A stretch of 64,000 bases of DNA from an uncultured Candidatus Saccharibacteria bacterium (lineage in GTDB: Bacteria > Patescibacteriota > Minisyncoccia > Phycocordibacterales > UBA9973): the NCBI GenBank assembly GCA_964646765.1, contig CAZYIA010000003.1, positions 66,815 to 130,814 on the forward strand, written 5' to 3'. The notes below the pieces were generated by a model that had not been told where the DNA came from, did not search any database, and saw only the letters and a list, made by a program, of their open reading frames with translations. A program made the translations under genes and the position numbers. Of the stretch, positions 19,516 through 27,064 are shown in pieces; the first letter of the stretch is position 1, and the number at the start of each line of letters is the position of its first letter.

Positions 19516-19875
19516 ATGAAAATCATCTTCATTGCCGGCCCAGTTCGTGGGGACGGCTCGCTTGAATCAAAGCGAAAAAATATTGAGAGTGCTCGCGTAC
19601 TTATACGCGAGTGTATTACCCAGGGGATCCCATTTTATTCACCACATTTAAATGTGGATCAGGAAAGTATCGAAATGATAGGGGATCTTGGTCAATTTGC
19701 TTGGAATTTAAATGCTGAAATGCTTCGCCGCTCAGATGCTCTCGCAGTTCTTCCAGGATTTGAAGATTCGGTTGGTACAAAAAAAGAAATTTCAATTGCT
19801 ACAGATAGCGGGAAACCAGTGTTTTATCTTCCTAACGATTTTGCCAAAATTGTAAGTTGGCTTTCAGAATCGTAA
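19516..19875 (+). CDS. DUF4406/nucleoside deoxyribosyltransferase-like protein
   Basis: IFIAGP...SPH...RSDALAVLPGFEDSVGTKKE. Confidence 0.7.
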   Translation: MKIIFIAGPVRGDGSLESKRKNIESARVLIRECITQGIPFYSPHLNVDQESIEMIGDLGQFAWNLNAEMLRRSDALAVLPGFEDSVGTKKEISIATDSGKPVFYLPNDFAKIVSWLSES

Positions 19876-20133
19876 AAGTGTGAGAAGAAAAATACATACA
19901 ATACTAAACAGAGAACCTGTTAGCGTTGCTAAAATATCAAGGAGCTCTACATTTCCTCCTGTCACGGAGTCGTAGGCTTCTTTGCTTATAGCTGAGAAAA
20001 TCCCAAGGAGAAGCGCTATCGTTATACTCTCGATTGGGGAGTGTCCGAATAGAAAAAAAGACAGGATCCAAGAGAAAAGCGTAATACTAAAACCAGCGAG
20101 GAGGTGTTTCTGTTTATCTTCTGGGAAAAACAT
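19864..20133 (-). CDS. Small membrane protein (YfiM-like)
   Basis: DKQKH...KEAYD...DILAT pattern with three TM helices. Confidence 0.6.
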   Translation of the reverse strand: MFFPEDKQKHLLAGFSITLFSWILSFFLFGHSPIESITIALLLGIFSAISKEAYDSVTGGNVELLDILATLTGSLFSIVCIFLLTLLRF

Positions 20134-20248
20134 AATTATATTCCAGCACACCTGTTACAAAAATCAATATTTTACGCGTCACGGGATAGAGAACACTCCC
20201 GTTATTTCTTGAGGTCGATTTAGTAAATCTACTAGATATTCTTACGCT

Positions 20249-20905
20249 ATGAAAAAAATTCTAACATTTATGGTTGGCGCTGCATTTATTATTGCTGCTG
20301 TTGTTCTCTCAGGAGCACAGGCAAAGGCGCAGACTTTTCCGTCTGGTTGTTCTTCGTCTAGCGGTTATAGTACGACAACAGGTGTAGCATGTAATGGCAC
20401 AACAAGTTATCCAGCAGGATGTATCTCTTCATCTGGATATAGTTCGATAAGTGGTGTTCCATGTAACGGAATGGCGCTTGGTGCAAATGGCGGCTCACCA
20501 ACAATATATGGTTGTTCAGCTGGATACACGTATAGTGTCTATACCGGTGCACCATGTAATGGAGCAACTGGGCCAAACGTTGGTTCCCCTGGTGTTACCT
20601 ACTATGTCGCTGGTTGTACTTCTGCAACAGGCTATAGTTCAGTCTCAGGACTTTCCTGTGGCACCGTAGCAAGCTCTCCTGGATCGGTTAATGGTTACGC
20701 CATTCTTCCAGGTTGTGCTAATGCAGCGAGTGGATACAGTGTTGTAACAGGCCAATCATGTTATATTGCCGCGGCGAATATTAATACAGGTACGGTACCG
20801 GGAGTCCCAAATACTGATGGTGACCCAATTCGTCTTGTAGCACTTATTCTCGCAGGACTTTCTCTCTTCGGTATTGCGTATAGTATGAAACGTGTACTTG
20901 CGTAG
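20249..20905 (+). CDS. Cys-rich repeat secreted protein with probable sortase sorting signal
   Basis: Signal peptide; five GC-x-(S/T)G-x-x-C repeats; VPNTD + hydrophobic helix + KR tail. Confidence 0.78.
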   Translation: MKKILTFMVGAAFIIAAVVLSGAQAKAQTFPSGCSSSSGYSTTTGVACNGTTSYPAGCISSSGYSSISGVPCNGMALGANGGSPTIYGCSAGYTYSVYTGAPCNGATGPNVGSPGVTYYVAGCTSATGYSSVSGLSCGTVASSPGSVNGYAILPGCANAASGYSVVTGQSCYIAAANINTGTVPGVPNTDGDPIRLVALILAGLSLFGIAYSMKRVLA

Positions 20906-20911
20906 TTCTTA

Positions 20912-20948
20912 ACAAAAACGGATACCGAAAACGGGTATCCGTTTTTGT
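20912..20948 (+). terminator. Hairpin between substrate and sortase genes
   Basis: acaaaaacggatacc...ggtatccgtttttgt. Confidence 0.65.
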
Positions 20949-20957
20949 GTCGATAGT

Positions 20958-21593
20958 ATGAAAAAAAATTTTCTCATTTTTATATGTTTCCTGCTCATTA
21001 TCTTTATTGGAAGTGTGTGGTACATTCGCACTTCATCAGACCAGGAAGAAGCTATCCAGGCACCACTTATGGTGGTTTCTAGTCCTAGTGATGTGACCCA
21101 GCCACTCCCACAAAATACTTCGGTACTTCCGCAAGATACAACTGATACGACACTTCCCACACAGCTATCTATTCCTACTATTGGCGTAGAAACTTCTATA
21201 CAACAAGTTGGAGTAACCACGAGCGGCAATATGGCTACGCCGACAAATTATACGGATGTTGGTTGGTATAAGTATGGACCGCGGCCTGGTGAAATGGGAA
21301 GCGCCGTTATTGCTGGTCACCGTCGAAATGCAGCTTTTCTCCCTGCAGTTTTTTATCACATTAAAGATCTTGCGATAGGTGACGAAATTTTTATAACACG
21401 AAAGGATGGTACAAAACTCCGATTTAAAGTTATTCGGAGTGAGTTTTATAACTATGAAGATGTGCCAACACGACAATTATTTTTGGAAACTGGTGCCGCG
21501 TATCTAAAATTGGTTACCTGCGAAGGTGAGTGGCGAGAAGTTGATCGGACTGCTCGTGAGCGCCGAATTATAACCGCGATTCTAGAATCCTAG
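20958..21593 (+). CDS. Class F sortase
   Basis: VGWY, PGEMGSAVIAGH, LKLVTC, and R completing the His-Cys-Arg triad. Confidence 0.9.
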   Translation: MKKNFLIFICFLLIIFIGSVWYIRTSSDQEEAIQAPLMVVSSPSDVTQPLPQNTSVLPQDTTDTTLPTQLSIPTIGVETSIQQVGVTTSGNMATPTNYTDVGWYKYGPRPGEMGSAVIAGHRRNAAFLPAVFYHIKDLAIGDEIFITRKDGTKLRFKVIRSEFYNYEDVPTRQLFLETGAAYLKLVTCEGEWREVDRTARERRIITAILES

Positions 21594-21800
21594 ACCAGAA
21601 TCATTGGTGATCGCATTGATCTGACTGTAGTTTGAAAGGAAACTTGGAATAGCGAGAGCAAGACCAATAAGCGGAAGAATAAAAAGTGCCACAGTGATAA
21701 TTGCCGACCAGAGAAAATATTTTCTGGTTTTTTCAACCGATTGGTAGATTTGATCAATCTTTTGCTCTAACGCGGCCAAGCGCTCTTCGGTGCTTTGCAT
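21582..21800 (-). CDS. Small hypothetical membrane protein
   Basis: Coiled-coil then TM; TG-g-TACACT 6 nt before ATG. Confidence 0.7.
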   Translation of the reverse strand: MQSTEERLAALEQKIDQIYQSVEKTRKYFLWSAIITVALFILPLIGLALAIPSFLSNYSQINAITNDSGLGF

Positions 21801-21874
21801 ACTAAAAGTGTACCACAGAAAAAATTTGTTTTTTAAATCACGCAAAAATCCCCAAAAGGGGATTTTTGTTGTAG

Positions 21875-22060
21875 TTACTTCAATGCGTTCTTAGCTCCGC
21901 CGACAAAGGCTCCTCCGGCAATGAGTGTAACAAGGAAGAGTACTAAGAAGACATAAAAGAGAACTTTAGCGATTGCAATTGAAGCACCAGCGATCGTTGT
22001 AAAACCAAAAATTGCAGCAACAATAGCAACAACTAAGAAAATTAAACTCCATTTAAGCAT
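21875..22060 (-). CDS. DUF1328 (YtjA-like) small membrane protein
   Basis: [20 protein letters not shown]...[13 protein letters not shown]. Confidence 0.88.
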   Translation of the reverse strand: MLKWSLIFLVVAIVAAIFGFTTIAGASIAIAKVLFYVFLVLFLVTLIAGGAFVGGAKNALK

Positions 22061-22201
22061 AGCGTAACTCATATATAACTAAGCTCTAATAACCTGGTAC
22101 GCATCTTTTAAGGGTTGTACCCCCTCCTAAAGCTAACGATTTCTTAAAAAGTGCTGTGACAGTGCATTTTTGAAACAAATAAAATCTGATATAGTCCTCG
22201 T

Positions 22202-22576
22202 ATGAAAGAAGGGTCCAAGGGAAGAGTTATTGCTTTTGACTTTGATGGAGTGATTGCGCACTACGCGGGATTTGTGGCAAAAGATCATGTGCGTGAGCCT
22301 AATGAACAGGTTGTAGAAGCAATGAGAACACTTCAAAAAGATGGTTATAAAATCCTCGTGCACTCAACTCGCGGCGAGGCGTTCCTAAAATCATATTGCG
22401 AGAAGTTTGGTATTCCACACGATTACATAAATCGCCGACCTGACCGAGAAGGTGAAAATCCTGGTAAACCAATTGCCTACGTATATATTGATGATAACTC
22501 TATTTGTTATCACGGCCAGAGTGCTGGTGAGTTGGTCCAGCAGATTGAGGAGTTTAAGCCGTACTGGAGAAGTTAA
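22202..22576 (+). CDS. HAD-superfamily hydrolase (capless)
   Basis: AFDFDGVI, STR, GKP..YIDD. Confidence 0.8.
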   Translation: MKEGSKGRVIAFDFDGVIAHYAGFVAKDHVREPNEQVVEAMRTLQKDGYKILVHSTRGEAFLKSYCEKFGIPHDYINRRPDREGENPGKPIAYVYIDDNSICYHGQSAGELVQQIEEFKPYWRS

Positions 22577-22578
22577 GT

Positions 22579-22914
22579 ATGGATCAGATTTCGTGGAACG
22601 ATTTTGAAAAAGTAGAACTTCGAGTTGGTACGGTACTTGCTGTTGATGATTTCCCGGAAGCTCGTAAACCAGCTTGGAAATTGACTATTGATTTTGGTCA
22701 ATTTGGTATAAAGCGTTCTAGTGCTCAGATTACCAAGCACTATACCAAAGAGAATCTCGTGGGAACTCAGGTGCTTGCCGTTATTAATTTCCCGGCCAAA
22801 CAAGTTGGTCCATTCATGTCAGAGTGTCTCACCACGGGGTTTGCTGATGACCAAGGAGATATCGTTCTTGCTCGACCAGAAAAACCAGTACCTAATGGGA
22901 CAAAGCTCCTCTAG
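22579..22914 (+). CDS. csaA: CsaA-like tRNA-binding/export chaperone
   Basis: FPEARKPA, SSAQIT, NFPAKQVGPFMSE. Confidence 0.88.
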   Translation: MDQISWNDFEKVELRVGTVLAVDDFPEARKPAWKLTIDFGQFGIKRSSAQITKHYTKENLVGTQVLAVINFPAKQVGPFMSECLTTGFADDQGDIVLARPEKPVPNGTKLL

Positions 22915-22938
22915 CCCTCTTCGTGGTACTATAGTGAT

Positions 22939-23529
22939 ATGTTTCAAGAAGGCGTGTATTACCGTTTTGGCAAGAAAACACTTACTCTTGCTCTTTCTCG
23001 ATCATTCTCTTTTCTCATCTTTGCGGTTCTTGCATTCATGGTACTTTTTTTTGCCCGAGGGAAAGTCGCTCTTCTTTCGATCGCTCACCAGGGAACATTT
23101 CTTACGCTCTTTGATTCAATCTTAAAAAACATTACCTTTTACGGAATGATTGCTCTCGGGATTATTTTTGTCATTCTTGTTTTTTCAGCGTGGCTTGATT
23201 ATCAAAGTCGTGAGTTTATGCTCGATCAGTATGCTTTACGAATCAGAAGCGGTATATTTTCCCGCCATGAAATTACGATTCCTTACGGAGAAATTCAGAA
23301 CGTGAACATGAATGAAACTTTTTCTGGTCGGATGATGGGAGTCGTTGAGTTGTTGGTGCTCACCGCTGGTCACGAGGACAAAGGAGAAGAGTCCTCAGGA
23401 ATATTCCAGATGATTGATCGAAATGTTGCTACTAATCTTCAGGATGAATTATTGCGTCGAGCCAGTGCTTCTAATTTTCATTTTGGGTCCGGAGCTCCCG
23501 CTTCCTCTATACCATCGCATGTCGAATGA
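22939..23529 (+). CDS. Bacterial PH-domain (bPH_2) membrane protein
   Basis: Two TM helices then IRSGIFSRHEITIPYGEIQNV. Confidence 0.8.
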   Translation: MFQEGVYYRFGKKTLTLALSRSFSFLIFAVLAFMVLFFARGKVALLSIAHQGTFLTLFDSILKNITFYGMIALGIIFVILVFSAWLDYQSREFMLDQYALRIRSGIFSRHEITIPYGEIQNVNMNETFSGRMMGVVELLVLTAGHEDKGEESSGIFQMIDRNVATNLQDELLRRASASNFHFGSGAPASSIPSHVE

Positions 23530-24886
23530 TTTTCTTAAAAAAATAGTTAGTGAGCCAGCTGAACTACTCGAAAAGGGGATAGAAGTGGCAGAACAAGCTG
23601 AGCATACTGTCGCCTCAAAGAAGACAGTAGCGAAAATTTCAGGTTACTTGAATGCGCTGGGTCCTGGGCTTATTACCGGAGCAGCTGATGATGATCCTTC
23701 TGGTATTGCTACCTACTCACAAACAGGGGCTCAGTTCGGTTTTCAATTTATTTGGCTTTCGCTTTTTACGTTTCCCTTGATGGCGGTGGTACAAGAAATG
23801 TGTGCACGTATCGGACTCTCTACTGGCAGGGGATTAGCCGCAAATGTCCGTATGCATTTCCCAAAATGGTTTCTGTATGGTTCCACTTTTTTTCTTGTCG
23901 TAGCAAACACTTTTAATATTGCTGCTGACCTAGGAGCTATGGCAGAAGCAACGAAGCTTGTATTTGCAGGAGCCTCATTTACACTCCTCGTGGTATTTTT
24001 TGCCTTAGCATCGTTACTGCTTCAGATTTTTACTACGTATCAAACGTACGCCCGATACCTAAAATATCTTACGTTCATCCTTTTTTCGTACGTTGCAGTT
24101 GTTTTTTTTATCCATATCAATTGGCATGATCTTTTTATTCACTTAGTTGTTCCAACTATTTCGTTTACCAAAGACGAGCTACTTATTGTTTGTGCTGTGT
24201 TGGGAACTACAATCTCACCATACCTTTTCTTCTGGCAAAGTTCACAAGAAGTAGAGGAGGAGGTGCTTCACGGAAAAACTACTGTTACTCTTCGCAAAGA
24301 AGCAGTTGAACCAACCATGATTCGAGATATGCGTCTTGATGTCTGGAGTGGCATGTTGGTTTCAAATGTAGTGATGTTCTTTATTATTGCTGCATGTGGA
24401 GCAACACTTCATCAGGCAGGTATAACAACGATACAGACAGCAGGGGACGCGGCTCTAGCTTTAAAGCCGTTCGCCGGAAATTTTGCTTTTACACTTTTCG
24501 CTTTAGGTATTATCGGTACTGGCATGCTTGCAACCCCAGTGCTTGCTGGAGCATCATCGTATGCAGTCTCTGAAACTTTTCGTTTTAAAGAAGGACTCTA
24601 TCGAAAATTAAAAGATGCCTACGCATTCTACGGGGTGATTATTATTGGCATGGTGCTCGGGATTCTCTTAAACTTTGTTGGCCTTGATCCAATTAGAATG
24701 CTTTTGTATGCCGCTGTACTTAATGGATTAGTTGCGCCGCTTATTCTTGTTGCCATTGTCTATCTAGCTTCAAATAAAAAAGTTATGGGAGTCTGGGTAA
24801 ATCGCAAGGGAACGTCGCTTCTTGGTTGGTTCATCATTATTATGATGGTTATCTCAGGTACGTGTGCGGTAGTTGCTCTGTTTTAA
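23519..24886 (+). CDS. NRAMP-family divalent metal transporter
   Basis: LGPGLITGAADDDPSGIATYSQ and GTTISPYLFFWQ motifs. Confidence 0.9.
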   Translation: MSNDFLKKIVSEPAELLEKGIEVAEQAEHTVASKKTVAKISGYLNALGPGLITGAADDDPSGIATYSQTGAQFGFQFIWLSLFTFPLMAVVQEMCARIGLSTGRGLAANVRMHFPKWFLYGSTFFLVVANTFNIAADLGAMAEATKLVFAGASFTLLVVFFALASLLLQIFTTYQTYARYLKYLTFILFSYVAVVFFIHINWHDLFIHLVVPTISFTKDELLIVCAVLGTTISPYLFFWQSSQEVEEEVLHGKTTVTLRKEAVEPTMIRDMRLDVWSGMLVSNVVMFFIIAACGATLHQAGITTIQTAGDAALALKPFAGNFAFTLFALGIIGTGMLATPVLAGASSYAVSETFRFKEGLYRKLKDAYAFYGVIIIGMVLGILLNFVGLDPIRMLLYAAVLNGLVAPLILVAIVYLASNKKVMGVWVNRKGTSLLGWFIIIMMVISGTCAVVALF

Positions 24887-24928
24887 GCATTTGTCTCTAC
24901 TACATACTCTCGGTATACTCTACGATAT

Positions 24929-25897
24929 ATGTCTACTGGAACGCTTATTGCTACTATTACGGCCTTAGTTGCCGTTTTTCTCTTTGCGATAACAAAATTT
25001 TCTCATCAAATTGAACGTAATGCTGGTCCAAAATTTCGCTCGTTCATTCATCATGTTACCGGAACACCCATTACGGGAGCATTGGCCGGATTTGTAACCT
25101 CCGCAGTTTCTCAATCGAGTAGTGTAACCTCAGTATTGGCTGTCTCTTTAGCTGAAGCAGGAATGCTCTCTTTTAGCGGGAGCCTCGGGGTTATTATTGG
25201 AGCCAATGTTGGCACCACGATTACGTCGCAACTCGTAGCTTTCAAGCTTACGGCGATTGCTCCGTATTTTGTTATTTTAGGCCTCGTGCTTCACTATACG
25301 CCAAGCTCTTTTAGACGATATGGCAAGCCCATTTTTTATTTTGGGTTACTTTTCTTCACGTTGTTTCTCATGCAAGATAAGCTTGCTACTCTCGCGCAGA
25401 CCCCTTTTATGGTTCGTTTTCTTACCCTCTCAAGCGCTCCTATCTTAGCTGCGTTGGTTGGAGCCTTTGCTGCCTTAATTTTTCAATCAAGCACGCTCGT
25501 AACCACGATTGCTATTCTTTTAGTTGGTTCAGGCGGTATCCCATTTTCTCAAGCGTTGCCGATTATTCTTGGTGCTAATGTTGGTACAACTTCAACTGCG
25601 ATTATTGCGTCGTTGCCGCTATCTGCCCGTGCACGAGAGGTTGCTGTTGCGCACGCCATTTTTAACGTTGTTGGTTCTGTTGTGTTCATGTTTATTTTGA
25701 ATCCATTTTCAAAACTTATTTATTTTATTGGCGGTACTCCTGAGCAGTATGTTGCTAATGCGCATCTCATCTTTAATGCAACATGTGCTATCGTTGCGTT
25801 ACTTCTCTTTCCTCTTTATGAACGCGCAACACGATTTATATCAGTTTGGTTTGAAAAAGTAGTTGCTCCCTTGCCACGTAATCACGAATTGTCATAA
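24929..25897 (+). CDS. Na/Pi cotransporter family protein
   Basis: Two QSS...GANVGTT repeats. Confidence 0.9.
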   Translation: MSTGTLIATITALVAVFLFAITKFSHQIERNAGPKFRSFIHHVTGTPITGALAGFVTSAVSQSSSVTSVLAVSLAEAGMLSFSGSLGVIIGANVGTTITSQLVAFKLTAIAPYFVILGLVLHYTPSSFRRYGKPIFYFGLLFFTLFLMQDKLATLAQTPFMVRFLTLSSAPILAALVGAFAALIFQSSTLVTTIAILLVGSGGIPFSQALPIILGANVGTTSTAIIASLPLSARAREVAVAHAIFNVVGSVVFMFILNPFSKLIYFIGGTPEQYVANAHLIFNATCAIVALLLFPLYERATRFISVWFEKVVAPLPRNHELS

Positions 25898-25952
25898 AGT
25901 GAAATGTGCGCATGTGATATACTAATGCTTGTAAGTAACTAATGTTAATTCT

Positions 25953-26735
25953 ATGGCCAACGACACTGTCGCAAAAAAAATAGTTGAAGGAACAGATCTT
26001 CCAACTCATGTTCCACTCCAAGATTTTCGTAAAACACCAACCACTGGTTTAGTTCCAGAAGAAATAAAAAAAATTTGTCGTGGTCTTGCCCCAAAAGATC
26101 GCGAGAAGCAACTTCTCTGTGTGATTGAAGAAGAAACGAAGCAGGGATTTGAGTTTCTAAAACAGTATCCACGTATCGTTACTATTTTGGGTTCAGCTCG
26201 AACACCAGAAGGGGATATGTACTACGAAGCTGCTCGAGAATGCGGTCGCCGCCTTGTTGAAGATTTTGGTGTTGCGGTTGCTACTGGTGGTGGTCCCGGC
26301 ATTATGGAAGCAGCAAATCGTGGAGCAAAAGAGGCAAACGGTAAGTCTCTCGGTATTGCTATTGCGCTTCCACATGAACAAGCAACCAATCCCTACGTTA
26401 CTGATTCACTAACATTTCACTTTTTCTTTACCCGTAAAGTGATTATGAGTTATGCCGCTAAAGCATATATCTTTTTCCCTGGTGGTTTTGGGACACTCAA
26501 TGAACTTTTTGAATTTTTGACTTTAGTTCAAACAGAAAAGGTTCCGCCAATGCCAATTTTCCTTTTTGGTAGCGAATATTGGAATCCACTCCTCTCCCTT
26601 GTTGAAGATGAACTTCGCGGCAGACGTTATATCGATCCAAAAGATGAGCACCTTTTTGTTATTTCTGACTCTCTTGATGAGATCATGGAGAGCCTCTCCC
26701 ACTTTTTGAAGCGAGAAGAGGGGAATGCTCTCTAA
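25953..26735 (+). CDS. LOG-family Rossmann-fold protein (TIGR00730-like)
   Basis: GSAR, TGGGPGIMEAANRGA, PGGFGTLNE. Confidence 0.9.
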   Translation: MANDTVAKKIVEGTDLPTHVPLQDFRKTPTTGLVPEEIKKICRGLAPKDREKQLLCVIEEETKQGFEFLKQYPRIVTILGSARTPEGDMYYEAARECGRRLVEDFGVAVATGGGPGIMEAANRGAKEANGKSLGIAIALPHEQATNPYVTDSLTFHFFFTRKVIMSYAAKAYIFFPGGFGTLNELFEFLTLVQTEKVPPMPIFLFGSEYWNPLLSLVEDELRGRRYIDPKDEHLFVISDSLDEIMESLSHFLKREEGNAL

Positions 26736-26771
26736 ACAGGTAAAAAATTTTTTCCATCATAGTATTTTTCT

Positions 26772-26803
26772 TTTAAAAAGAGCTCTCCGGAGCTCTTTTT
26801 AAA
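26772..26803 (+). terminator. Intrinsic terminator
   Basis: tttaaaaagagctc-tccg-gagctctttttaaa. Confidence 0.8.
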
Positions 26804-26895
26804 GCGTCGTTTGGCGTGCATATTGACCCCTGCGAGAGACCATGTCCAAAGCCCCAAAAAAGTACTTTTCCACTATTAAACCCGACCTCGCCACG

Positions 26896-27064
26896 TGCTA
26901 AAATCTGACTCCAACCGAGGTAGGCTGGGAAAAACGAGGATACGCAGCTCCCAAAAAAGCGCGTTCTTTCCTCTCCACGGAAAGGTACATCTTCTCATTG
27001 GCATGGTAGCCACACGTGAGTACAGAGAACACCTCTCCTTTATAAAGTAAGCGAGAAATATTTT
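26896..27064 (+). promoter_or_regulatory. Extended -10 promoter and about 150-nt structured leader of nrdAB
   Basis: TG-c-TAAAAT at 26896-26904; several complementary segments in the leader. Confidence 0.5.

Noticed and set aside
19173-19519. Short ORFs over tRNA-His and its flank
   Set aside because: They overlap the tRNA and the GC-rich hairpins; likely spurious.
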